Assembly: GCA_003693705.1 (NCBI GenBank)
Contig: RBZT01000261.1
Span: 1 to 64,000 of the forward strand
From: Polymyxa betae A26-41
Lineage: Eukaryota; Protista; Endomyxa: Phytomyxea
Direction: 5' to 3'
DNA length: 64,000 nt
The position numbers and the translations under genes were made by a program. Position 1 is the first letter of the stretch, and every line of letters starts with the position of its first letter. Below are positions 12,367 to 24,300 of the stretch, one piece after another. The notes beneath the pieces were generated by a model. That model was not told where the DNA came from. It was given only the letters and a program-made list of their open reading frames with translations, and ran no database searches.

Positions 12367-12857
12367 CGCAGCTGGTCGTGGCTCTGAAAATCTGACTGCC
12401 ACGACGGAGTTCTTTCCGCACAATCTTCTCAGGCGACGTTCTTGTTCGAATGAGTCGACCTGGGCTCCTCCGTAACCGACACGAATTCGTTGATTCACCA
12501 CTGGCAACCATCAAGCGGCACATTGAGCAACTCCTGCCACGCTTAGAAAAATCGTAAAAAAAGCGCGGCTCTGTTATTGATAAGATGGGAATTGCATCAG
12601 AAATCATTGAATGAAACTATGAAACGTCCCCGCGTCTTAGAAATGTATTGTTGGAGTATCATATTGATTCCACGACTACATGCATCGTTATAAGATGGGG
12701 CGATGGTGCTGCCTACGGGGTCTCTATACCGAGATGGGTGGGAGCAGCCCTCTCAATTTTGCTGCTTGTTACTAGAGGAAGGAACTTGTCGGCGCCATCT
12801 TCAGTCATAATCATATCGGACCTCGACGCTGCCGGCGCTGGGCTCCAGGACCCGATT

Positions 12858-14107
12858 ATGAACCGGGCCTCGGGGCTCAAAACCGACGATACCGATTCGC
12901 TGCTGAATGACGACGAGGTCGCATGCTGATCACCCGCGTCGCAAATCACTGAACTGTTTAGAAATCGCTCTTCCAGTCGGTCCTGATTGACAACGCGGTC
13001 GATCCCAGAGGACGTTGGAGTAAGAAACTGCCCTGGACTCGTCGGGTTCTGTTCTGGGATTGGGTCCTAGCTTTAGGGCTCCTATTCGCGGCTTATGGCG
13101 TCACTTTATTCGAACCATTCCATCAAGACATAATCGATCATGACCCATTCCTTTCAGTAAGTAGAATTGAAAACATGCTCTGTTTACGCTTTCTTGCGTT
13201 TGAAATGGCCTTTGCCTTTCTGATATCTCGAGTTTGGTCCACACAGGCAGTTTTGCTATTTTCTGATTGTATGCGTTTGCTGACATGTTGAAAGCATCCT
13301 GTCAAGGAACAAACTGTTCCGACTTGGCTTTGTGTATTATTGGGAGCTGGGCTGCCGGTAATCATCTTCGTCGTCTTCAGTCGATTTATCGTTGGCGAGT
13401 CGCTGGATGCGCTACGATCTATGGTACTGATCAACCTCCAACGCAACCAAAGTCTATTTTAATGTTTTTCAAACAGCTGGGTTTGATACAAAGCATTTCG
13501 ATTACCGAGACAACTACGGCCTTGCTGAAGAATTTTGTTGGGCGCCCTCGCCCGAATTTCTTTCAGCTTTGTAAATTCAGCAATGGGTTGTGTCAGGATC
13601 GGGTTGGCATTAATCTTTTCCTGTTCATATCACGAACTCATCTGTTTATTCAGACGACTGAATGGGAAGCATATCGCAGTTTCCCGTCCGGTCATTCGTC
13701 GTTTGCATTTTCAGGTATGTCTGTTTACTTGTGATGATTTCAAATCACCAACTCGATTTAATAGGCCTACTTTTCCTATCTTTATGGCTACTAGGGAAAT
13801 CGAGAATATCGTGCTCTTCGGGTCCTTCATTTGCGAAAACTTTGAGCTCTATGACACCTATCGTGTTGGTGTGGGATTCCTGTATGCTGCTTTTCGACTC
13901 TTACATTTGAACTGTTTTCTCAGACTGGCCATGTTTATCGCTACCAGTCGTATCCGAGATTGTTGGCATCACCATAGTGATGTTCTTGCCGGGGTTCTGA
14001 TTGGCTCAGCGACCTCGTTATACGCGTATCGTACACATTTCCCTTCTATATGGCACCGAACAAGTCCAGATAGACCGTTTCCATTACCGCCTGAATCAGA
14101 TTTTTAA
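12858..14107 (+). CDS. PAP2-family lipid phosphate phosphatase
   Basis: Three catalytic motifs: KNFVGRPRP, SFPSGHSS, SRIRDCWHHHSDVLAG. Confidence 0.93.
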
Positions 14108-14186
14108 CCGCTGTTTTCTCTCTGCAACTGGACGACTGGTTGTTCATTATGTGATTTCAATCCCATTAACTTAACAGATGTATATA

Positions 14187-15142
14187 TTAATGATCTTTAT
14201 CTGTATCAACGCGATTTCGGTCACATTTAGAATTTATCTTTTTTCTGACTTGTCGGATCAAAGCTTCCACAGTTTCATCAGGCTCTAAATGCATTGATTT
14301 CATAGCGTCATACATCTCTACGCACCGATGATGGTTTCGCCGTTTAGCGTGCATGTGGATCATCATGGAGTACGTGACAGCATCTGGTTTTACATTCCAG
14401 CGATCGATATCTTTGAAGATGGAATCAGCAAGGTCGATGCCTTGGCACCTTTCGGCAGCAGATATAATAGCTGTGTAAGTTATGGCATCCAGTTGGACGC
14501 GTAATGTTCTTGATTTACATAATAAGCTAAAAACAACGTTAAATTGTCCTTCAGAGTTACAGTTTTGGAACAGAAACAGAAATGTTTTTCTATCAGGTGC
14601 GATATTTTTAGTTTGCATCTCCTTGAGAATGTCAAAGGCCGATTGCATCGAGGAGATACTCAGTAAGGCATTATAATGGAAGGCCTAAACCTGTCAACAT
14701 AAAAAGAACAATGAAATAGATGACTATACTACCTTGGCAGAATATCTTTGCTGGTACGATACGAATATTTTTTTGGCGACGCCAAGTGATTTCATTTTGA
14801 CAGCTTCCACTAGAGAATCGCCTAAGGCTTTCCCAGTGACTCGCAAACGATCCTGGAGGATTCGTTTTCGAGTCTTGGAATCCGTTGTGGTCTCAGCCAT
14901 GCTGCGGGATCGGTCGGCATCGTTGCATAACGCTTGAACCGTTCGTAACAGCCGCTGCTCAGCTGAAGAAACCGTCTTAACAGGCTCCTGCACGCGGCAA
15001 TTAATAAAAAAGGGAAAGCTGGAAATGAGAACCTTACAAGTTTCGCAAGAAGACGGTCGAAGCATGAAGCAGTTTGAGAAGGTTGCAAACGATTACTCGC
15101 CACGTTGGAATGGCGCCGGATGGCTGAGAACAGCGTTATCAT
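14187..15142 (-). CDS. Pentatricopeptide-repeat protein, probably mitochondrial
   Basis: PPR motifs PDRKTFLFLF, LDAITYTAIISA, PDAVTYSMMIHMHAK...MYDAMKSMHLEPD; transit-like N-terminus. Confidence 0.85.
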
Positions 15143-15303
15143 AATGACATGGTTCCCGCATGGGGCTCATGCCCGAGTAAATCGCAGTATGCGCGCATAA
15201 ACCGTATCAAACGACAGATAATCATATTGTATGATCAATGACAAGGTTTCACTACTGTTAGATGAATTGGCTCTTATATTAAATTCATATTATCATCTAT
15301 TAT

Positions 15304-18300
15304 CTAACTTGACGTTGCCCTTAAGGCCTTTACTAAAGGCAAGTTTTCGAAGACACCAAAGTTCTGAGCTATCCCCAGCAAACTAAACGACAGCCAGTCG
15401 TTGCATGTCTGTTGGTCGAAATACGCCCCGTATCTGTACAATAATGGGTTAAATGAACTTGCTTGACGATTCAAAACAGCATACGCTAATAACATCAAAG
15501 AGACACCGACAACTAGAACGGCAATCACAGAGTAGGCAGCTATCAGGACTGGACTGCATGATACGTACTGGACTCCCATCTGTCTCTCAGCAGGTATAGC
15601 ATTTCTTATGTGATCAATGCGGTCGACCAGTCTCCGCCAGGAACTTTTCTCCTTCTCATTCATCGATTCATATCTCATTTGTTTCAACCGGGACAGCTTA
15701 GCTTCAGGATTTTGGATTTGATAAGGCTTGGTCTTTCCTTGACCCTTAACCCAAATAGCAGACGAGTTTTGCCTCGAAAGCGTTGTTTTCGTTGCTTCGA
15801 CTTGGACAGTATTTTCGGTAGCTGGTATTTCTTTGATCGAGCTCATACGTGACAACGTTCCGTGCGTTGGCACAACCTGTAAAGCAGGATATGGAGTCGA
15901 AAGGTTCCCGGACGAAGGTTGCTTTGACTGTAGATTACTCAACGAACCTTGCCGGGATAAACTGAAAGTATTTTTGATTCTTTCGGTGACGTCAGCTACC
16001 AGGCCGCTCGAAGTTCCTTGCTGAGGCGCTTTGGAAGCTGTTGGGGAACTTGTCAACTTAGGGGAATTCTTTAAAGCAGGGTGGGCTGCAGCTTGTTTCC
16101 CAGCTTCTGTTGAATCTTGTTTAGGTTGAGCAGGGAATGAAACGACCTCAGCCTTCTGGAAACGATTTGACTCTGTAGTTTCAATCGCCATGTATAATCG
16201 GTTCTTAGCAAACGACCTGTTCTTTGTTGAAGAGGCTGATGGTGCTAACTGCTTGATTGCATCCGATCCAGCCGAATTACTGGGCGGTTCAGCACCTGAT
16301 GCAGAGCCTGCTGGATTCTGATCACTGCTGCCATCCGGTGGACGTGCAGTAACATCGAATTGTGGAAAATCAGCAATCACAATTGGAAGAGATTGCGATT
16401 GGCTTGCTCTGTGTGCAGTTAACGACCAGGCAGTGGCAATCTCATTAGATGGATGAATCTTTAAGCGCGAATTGGTTGTACTTGTAAGTTGTTCATTAAG
16501 CGGTTTCTTCTTTACTAGAGGTAAAGAGAAAGTCTAGCAGCAAGATATCAGAACTTCAAACAGACCTTGACATTCTTCTTCTTACCAATCCTTTTCGAAA
16601 CCGGTTAAACGTGATCTCGGGTGCAAGAAGGTCAATGCCTTGCTCTGTAAAACAATTAGAATAAGATCGAGATGCCGAAACGCATAAGTGGATTCTTACC
16701 GAAAGCCCATCTACGCTCGATAATAGACATTTTCTTGAAATGAATAAAGAAAAAATAAGTCATCATCGTGGATGCGGGTAACTAGTCCGATGTTAGGGGG
16801 GAACAATCACAGTAAAGGATGTTGGAATACCTGAATGGCAGCGGTGCAGATTCCAACTCCGACCTTCTGTTGCCAAGTCGTCTCTTTGAACCTGGTGAAC
16901 AATGCTGATAGCATCATATTGCATAAAATCGACCAGGACAAAACTACGATCCTTTGCGGGCGAGAGAGCGACATGCAATCATGAAATACCAACGAAGACA
17001 CAATGGTATGGTTGAATTTCCAGTACTCAAAAAGTCTTTCGAATATCGACTGCAAAAAGTTAACAGAGCAAAAATAAGGCAAAATGTAACTCCTTACCAT
17101 AGGCTTAATGGGTTTCAGTTCATTGCCAAGAGCGGCATCCATTGCTAGAGAGCATGAAGAATCGGCAGACGACGCCACTCGTCCAGAATGAAGCTCACCA
17201 TCCACCAAATAATCTAGTGGAATGTAGAACTTCGCTGTCGTTTGCAGGCGCTTTGCAACGTTGGCAGAGATGTCCAGATTAGAATCCACAACTCCTTCCG
17301 CCGTCACAACAATGCGCTCTTCGCCTTCAACGTGTTTCAAAGAAAGCTCAAACGGTACGACCTGATTCGGTTTCGCAGAACCATACAGCTTTTTTGTAAC
17401 CACAAGTGAATGCGACATTGCACCGATCTGCAAGGTGATTTTCACAGCTGTACCCTAAAAACACAGAGTTATTTCAGGACCATGCAAACACTTTGAGCTT
17501 ACTAGAAGCCCTTCGAGCTCGTTCAATCGCAGGTAGAGAATACTTGAGCCAATGCCGAATTGGAAATCAGCGTTCTTAACCATAGCGCGTCGGCGGGTCT
17601 CCATCACTTTCACATCCTGATAGCGACCCCAAATAATTCCCATTAACGTCACGCCCAAGATCGAGGATATAACGGCGACCACATTCATATTGATGTTTTG
17701 GCCAGTGAGCACCTCAACAAATGCTTTCTCATCAGGAATTACAGGTTTCGGTACGAAAGGAGTCAGTTGCGCCGTAAAATCGGTAGCGTGATCGCAATGG
17801 CATGACACCAAACCAGTTGCTGCCGAGACTGAACGAGTGCATCCGGATTGTGTCCAAGTTTGGTTCACAGAATCGAACCAGGAACACACAACCTGGAGAC
17901 CACACGATGGTCCCTGGAAGCCTGGATGGCAAACACACGAATACGTCCCGTTCATCGCGAGGCAGCTGCCTTGACCATTGCAAGGTACAAAAACTGTTCC
18001 ATTCTGCCAAAGACCCGGGCATGGACTCAGAGACGCGTTTCCCGAAGAGCTCGTAACTTGACTTGATGGCATTATTGTAGTCGTTGAAGCCTGAGATTTT
18101 CTGTCAGAGGTAACGCAAGCGCCAACTGCCACCGCTAAAGGATCTATCAGGCCAGATAACTTGATTTTATGTCCAGCACTGTTAACCACATTGACAGTTT
18201 GAACCTAAAACGATCGTCGTTAAACTCAATGCCTGGGATAGTCAGTTTGACAACCTTTCCGCAGATGGTCTGATTAGTGTAAGCGTACAAGTTTGTTGCC

Positions 18301-21300
18301 CAAGAAGTTGACTGTAAGCCGACAGGACCACCAACACTTGCCAGAGCTGTCGACGGAATCTCAACCGAGGCGGAGATAATTGGAGCACCTTTAGCAACTT
18401 TGACGGATTCACTTACAAACTGCTTCGTGACCAGAACTTGGGGAGCCTCTCCAGGTTGCATGGTATTCAAGGCTGCTGTCGCAATCGACGAAATGATGTT
18501 GCGGACGTTATCGCCGACCGCCTTTAGGTTGGCAGCTGGAGCCGCAGCTGGAGCCCCTGCCGATGTCGTACTAGTAGTGACGGGTCCCAAAAGCGCCTCC
18601 ATCACAGACGACGTCGACTGAGCCAAAGCAGTTTGGGCTGTGGTTGAAATTGGTGAGGAAGATTTGAGTATTCCGGAGATGAGGTTGATGGCAGTGGATG
18701 CCGTCGAAGTTGATAGCGCTTCAGGAGCGGCGGTGATGGCTTGAAGTGTCTGCGTCTGGCAATTGACTTCCGTGGCAGTCAACTGCCGATCGCTTCCAGT
18801 CGATTTGCCGACAACAGCGACCAGTGCATTGACGAGCGATGCACGAATCTGCGTTGAAGCGGCAGTATCGTTGGTGTGAGCAGAGTTTAACATTGTCGCG
18901 CCCATTGAAATCAGGTCTGTAGCTTTCGATGTATCAGCACCCTGTAATGCGTCGCCCAAGCTGCCGTTGACGAAGTTGGTGAAGAACGTTGCAATCTGGG
19001 CAGCCTTGATGGGCTGAACGGTAACAACAGCGCTGACGCTTGCGCTTATTGCACCATAATAATCCAAAGCTCGAACGAAAACAGTTAGGTTACCGCTTTG
19101 AGCATCACCGGCGGGCAGAACTGTCGCCATTTCATTGGACGACGTGGCAACTCCTCCTCCAAGAAGTATTTCTTGTTGACTGGAAGGATCGAAATAAGAC
19201 CAAAGGTAAGAGAGAGGAGTGTCCTCATCGGCCCATCCTGATGTGGTGAAGGCAAAATTGGTAATAAGAGGATTTCCGGAAGTGGGACTGACAGAGACGA
19301 GGCCCCCAAACGGAGCAGAGTTGACCGGGACGTCAATGGAAGCAGTCTATGAGAAAAAGCAATTAAGAAGCGCATTAAATCATCAGCAAAAGAATATGTT
19401 ACCGCGGTCAACTTCCCATCGGTCGGATCAATGGCTTTCACCTCGAAAGTATAAGTTTTCGATCCTTGAAGAACGTTGGGACGAAATTTTAATATGGGAT
19501 TAACAGAAGAGGTCAACAAAGTAGAAGAGTCCATTGGATAACTCGGATCTGAGACACACGTCCAGGTCACCGCTGGCACCACAGAGGGAGCCATGAAGGA
19601 TTGTGGGGTGGCAATCAGCAAGACGCTACTAGTAGGATCGACTTTCGGGACTCGAAGAGGCGCGATTGTAACGGTCGGGTAGATCTTGTTTTCAGATTTT
19701 GGACGGATCTGAATGGTGGAAGACCCAGAAGCCTTCCTCGGTGATCCATTTTTGCTGGTAATCGAAACACTGAACGTTACTGTAACCGGTTCCGAAACAT
19801 CTGGAGCGTTGAATTTCAAAGAAGGAGAATTCAATCCAGTCTCTGGGGCATATGTAAAACCAAGACATGGATTGCCTGAACATCTCCACAAAAACAACAG
19901 ATTCTGCGAACCTGGATAATCGGGATCGTTTGAGTGAGATGCATCAATTATGACTGTGCCTCCGGAGGTGTACTGCCCAGATCCAGAGATGACGACAAGC
20001 AGATTTGATGCTTTCACTGAGACTACTGTGAGCGCAGACGAGCTATAAGCCTGAGTCAAACTCTTTGTAGAGGCTGTGACGTGGAACGTGTAATTCTTCC
20101 CGGCTTGCAATAAAAAACCTGGCAATGTCAATGTCCGGGAATTGAGGGTGACACCAGTGAAAGCGACGCCAGAAACAGGCGCCCATTGATACGACAAGCT
20201 CGTCTCGCAGGTCGAAGCAGTAGCCACAGCTTCTAAGATAATGGAATCAGCAGCCCGGATTATTTTGATGGCGTCACCGCCAATTTTAACTTTGGGCGTT
20301 GCAGATTCAACTGTGATGTTCCAGGTTACCGTCCTGCTTCGAACTTGGAAAAAGCTGGTAGCAGCTAAAGTTGCAGAGATGAACGAATTTGGGGTCAGCC
20401 TGGAGAAAGTAATTGAAGATGCTTTGGATGTTGTCTTTGAAAGACTATTTGTCCAAGTGTACTGCAATGGACGCAGATCTTTCGTAAAGGATGATGCTCC
20501 AGATAGAACAACTTCGTCACAATAACGGACAGGATTTACAGGACCTGTAATGACAGCAACTGGTGCAGGCAAAGATGTAGGAGCGGATAAGGCAATCGAC
20601 TTATTATAAACCGAAATAAGGTCACCAGGCTTCAGCGTGGAAGTTGGGGAAATGTTCCAAACCGAGATTCGGTTTGAGGTCCCATTGACAGTCCCTGTAG
20701 AGTTGCAAAAGATACTGCTGCCGAGCCCCTTTAAAGTATTCAGGCTAAACATGGAGCAGGTTTTGGCGTCAGTGATGACATTTTTTGTGAAGGTCATAAA
20801 AGTGACATCGACGCTTATAGCTGTCCAAGCAAACAGAGCCAGCTTAGGGACCGGACTGGATCCGCTGCCAAGATATTAGAAAAATCAAAGCCATGGTAAA
20901 CAACACTCACCTGGATGGAAAATTGTGTTTGGTGGCAGTTGTCGTTCTCTTTTTGGCAGTGCTCGTTCGCTTTCTTGCTTTCGCTGTTGTTGTTCTCATT
21001 TTGGTAGTCGTTCGCCTTTTTGCTTTAGCCGTTGTCGTTCTCTTTTTCGCAGTTGTGGGTTTCTTTTTGATTGTTGTCGCCCGATTTTTCGCCGTTGTGG
21101 TCTTCTTTCTTAGTCGTGTAGTTGTTCGTTTGATGTTGGTGGATTGTTTGACGACAGGTTTCTGAACAGCCTGGTAGAGAGCTTCCCAGATTGGACTCTG
21201 ATCGGATAGTCTTGAGGAAAATTGCAGAAAAATAGATGAGCCATTCGATTGAATATAAGGCGTAGGAATCCTTGTGCTGGAATTTACCGTTGATAAACGA

Positions 21301-24300
21301 ATTTCAGACCGGGTAAGGTCGCCTTCATTCAAAACAACACTGTCAAGAAGATCATTAACAGCGAAATCGACGAAAATGATGCGAACGTAATCGGTTGGAT
21401 CGGCAGTTAGGTTAAGACGACAAGACAATCCAGGCTGAAGCATAATTCCATCCAAATGGCTTTTCAAACCAAGCCATTCATTGCGGATGGCACGAACTTG
21501 CATAGTTTTGTTCGCACACGTCTCGTATGGCACGAACGGGCATCGAGGCAAATTTGTTGAAGCCGCCGTCCGATGTATAGATGTCGTTTTTTTTAAAACG
21601 GTCCCTTTGTTAATCGTCGATTTCTTGACGGTTGCTTTCTTCGTCGTTGGCTGTTTTGTCGTCGGCTTTCTAGTTGTTAACTTCTTTACAGTCGATTTTT
21701 TAGTGGTCAAAATTCTGGAAGTCGATTCCTTTAATATCGGTTTGCTAGTCCTCGTTCTCTTGGTGGTAGGCTTTGTGGTCGAAATTGTTTTAGTAGTGAC
21801 TTTTCGGGTAATAGGCATCGTAGTTTTCGGTTTCTTAGTGGTCTCTTTCTTAGTTGTCAATCTCTTTGTTGTCGATTTCATAATGATCGGTTTCTTAGTA
21901 GTCAATTTCCTAGTGGTCGGCTTCTTAGTAGTTAATTTCTTAGTGGTTGGTTTCTTAGTTGTCAACTTCTTGGTTGTCGATTTCTTAGTAGTCCGTTTTT
22001 TGGTAGTTGGACTTTTGGTGGTTGGCTTTTTAGTCGAAAGTTTTGTAGTGAGTTTTTTAGTACTACGCTTCCTAGTTGTAAATTCTCTGCTGGTGGACTT
22101 GTTTGCAGTCGGATTCTTGGTCGTTTGCTTCTTAGTAGTTTGCTTTTTTGTTGTTATGGATGACTGTGCCGTGTGCTGAGATATTGTAGGGTTCTTTGTC
22201 GTTAACTTTCTTGTGGTCGACTGCTTAGTTGTCGGATTCTTAGAAGTTACTCTATTGGTAAACCAGTTCTGTGTGGCGAGCTTCGAGGTAGAATGTCTTG
22301 TGAAATTTGTTGTTGAATTCAAAGTTAGAGTGGTAAATAAGAGCTTGCCGGAGGTCTTCGCGGTCGTCGACATCCTTTTTGTCGATCCTCTCTTCGACGT
22401 TTCATGTTTTGTAGTCAATATATGTCGGGTGGTAGGTTTCCGTGTTGTCAGGGTTTGATTGTTTTGACTAGTTGACGTGGAGTATTTAGTTGATGTTCTC
22501 TTTGTAGTTGGCATCCCAGTCGCAGCTCTGCTGGTGCTGGACAAAATTACCGATTTCGTTGTTGGTATTTGAGTTAATCTCTTGGTAGTTGAATTTACCG
22601 GGTTCGACATCTTGGCTGAGGAGATTCTTAATTTCGTAGTTGTGGTATGGGCGAAATCAGTCTTCGTCGTGGAATACTGACCCTGCGTGACGAGTTTTGC
22701 TGTCCCTACAGTGGCCTTTACTGTAGGCATTGCTGTCGAGGAGGATGTTAAGGGCCCTGTCGTAATGTGTTGAAAGAATGTTGGGGCTACAGTTGAAGCT
22801 GGTGGGCTTGTGTAATAATGGGTCCAATTCGATCCAAGCACATTACCAATGTGCGACCACAAATAGTTCCAGTGTTGCCCGTAAGCAAGACTACTGGGCC
22901 AGTAGGTGAAATAATTTACATCTCCAGAGAGTGGTAATCCGTTAGAGCCATCGTCGGCTCCTCCAAGGTACACTTTATCAGTACTCCTTGACAAATGAGA
23001 AGCAAACGATAGTGATGATATTGTGAGAGGAGAATAGGGGTTCTGGCTTGTCAGCTAGTTGTTACAAATTATTGAATTCGAACGAAATCGCGAAATGCCT
23101 ATCAGATTACCTGCTGGTAACATATCGCAGTTGTCCCCGAAATGGTCAGAGCAACGAAACTCCAATCGCTTGCTAAAACTTCAAGCGGGCAGTCCAGCTC
23201 AAGGTCCACGTTTCCGCTGTAGTCCTTTGATTTAAAAGTAAGCCTATTTCAATGACGTAAGTAAATTTGGCTTTCACCTATCAAGCTTACTTAAAATGCG
23301 TGATACCAGCAGAAACCAATAAAGCTGGATAATAATCTCCTTCTGGAGTATTTGGGGTCTGAACCTTAAATATTGTATCAATGAAGTCGATAGAGTCGAC
23401 TTTGACGAACAGAGCGAAGCTGAAATTTTGATTAGCAGTCATGTTTACTACACCGTCGCCGACAATGAGATCATAAGCGGGCTGAGCTACGTTCGCAACA
23501 AGCAAATTTCCAAGAGTGTATGTTAACGTTGACATGGAAGGCATCATGGAGAACGATGTTGTCGCTAGCCTGTGAGTAGTTGATGATTTGGATGGTGACA
23601 GATGCAATGTGGATAGATCCGAAGAAGAGGTTGTTGTGCTGATCTGTTTGACTGATGTTTGAGGCGTTGTAAGACGCTTTGTACTATTGAATGCCAAGAT
23701 CGTTGTCGTAGATAGCGTCGTAGCCGGCTGGGCGGTTGTTTTCACCTTTGATGTCGCCGCTATTGCTGTTGTTGTCTTGACCGCTGATGGCTGCAAAGTG
23801 GTTTGATGCCCAGTCATCGACTTGGTTGTTGTCCATCCGCCTCTTGTTGGAGATGTCGTTGCAGACCTTTTTGTCGTTTTTTGTGGCGACAATGTTGTAA
23901 AAGGTGACGTAGTTTGCAGGCTTGGCGACGGAGGTTGAGGGTTAGCAGTTGGTGGCGGATTGGTGTAGTATTGCCACCAATTTGGTCCCAGCACGTCGTC
24001 AATGTGCGACCATAAGTAATTCCAGTTTTGCCAGTAAGCAAGACTGCTCGGCCAATAGGTGAAATACGATACGACACCATCCATTGGTTGCCCTCCGGTT
24101 CCGTCATTAGCTCCACCAAGATATACAAGATCAGTACTCCTTGGTAGATTCGGTGTAAACGAAACAGAGGACGTAATGAATCCAGAATAGGGAGATTGGC
24201 TTGTTAACTAAGGCCAAGTTAGCAAGCAAAACGAAATCGTTGTCATTTGCCATTTACCTGTTGATAACAAGTTGCAGTGCTTCCTGAAACAGTCATGGCA

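Noticed and set aside
21481-22458. Long Val-rich plus-strand ORFs (also 20893, 24695, 25055, 27424, 32647, 33139) that look like membrane proteins
   Set aside because: Antisense shadows of Thr/Lys codon repeats in the polycystin-like gene
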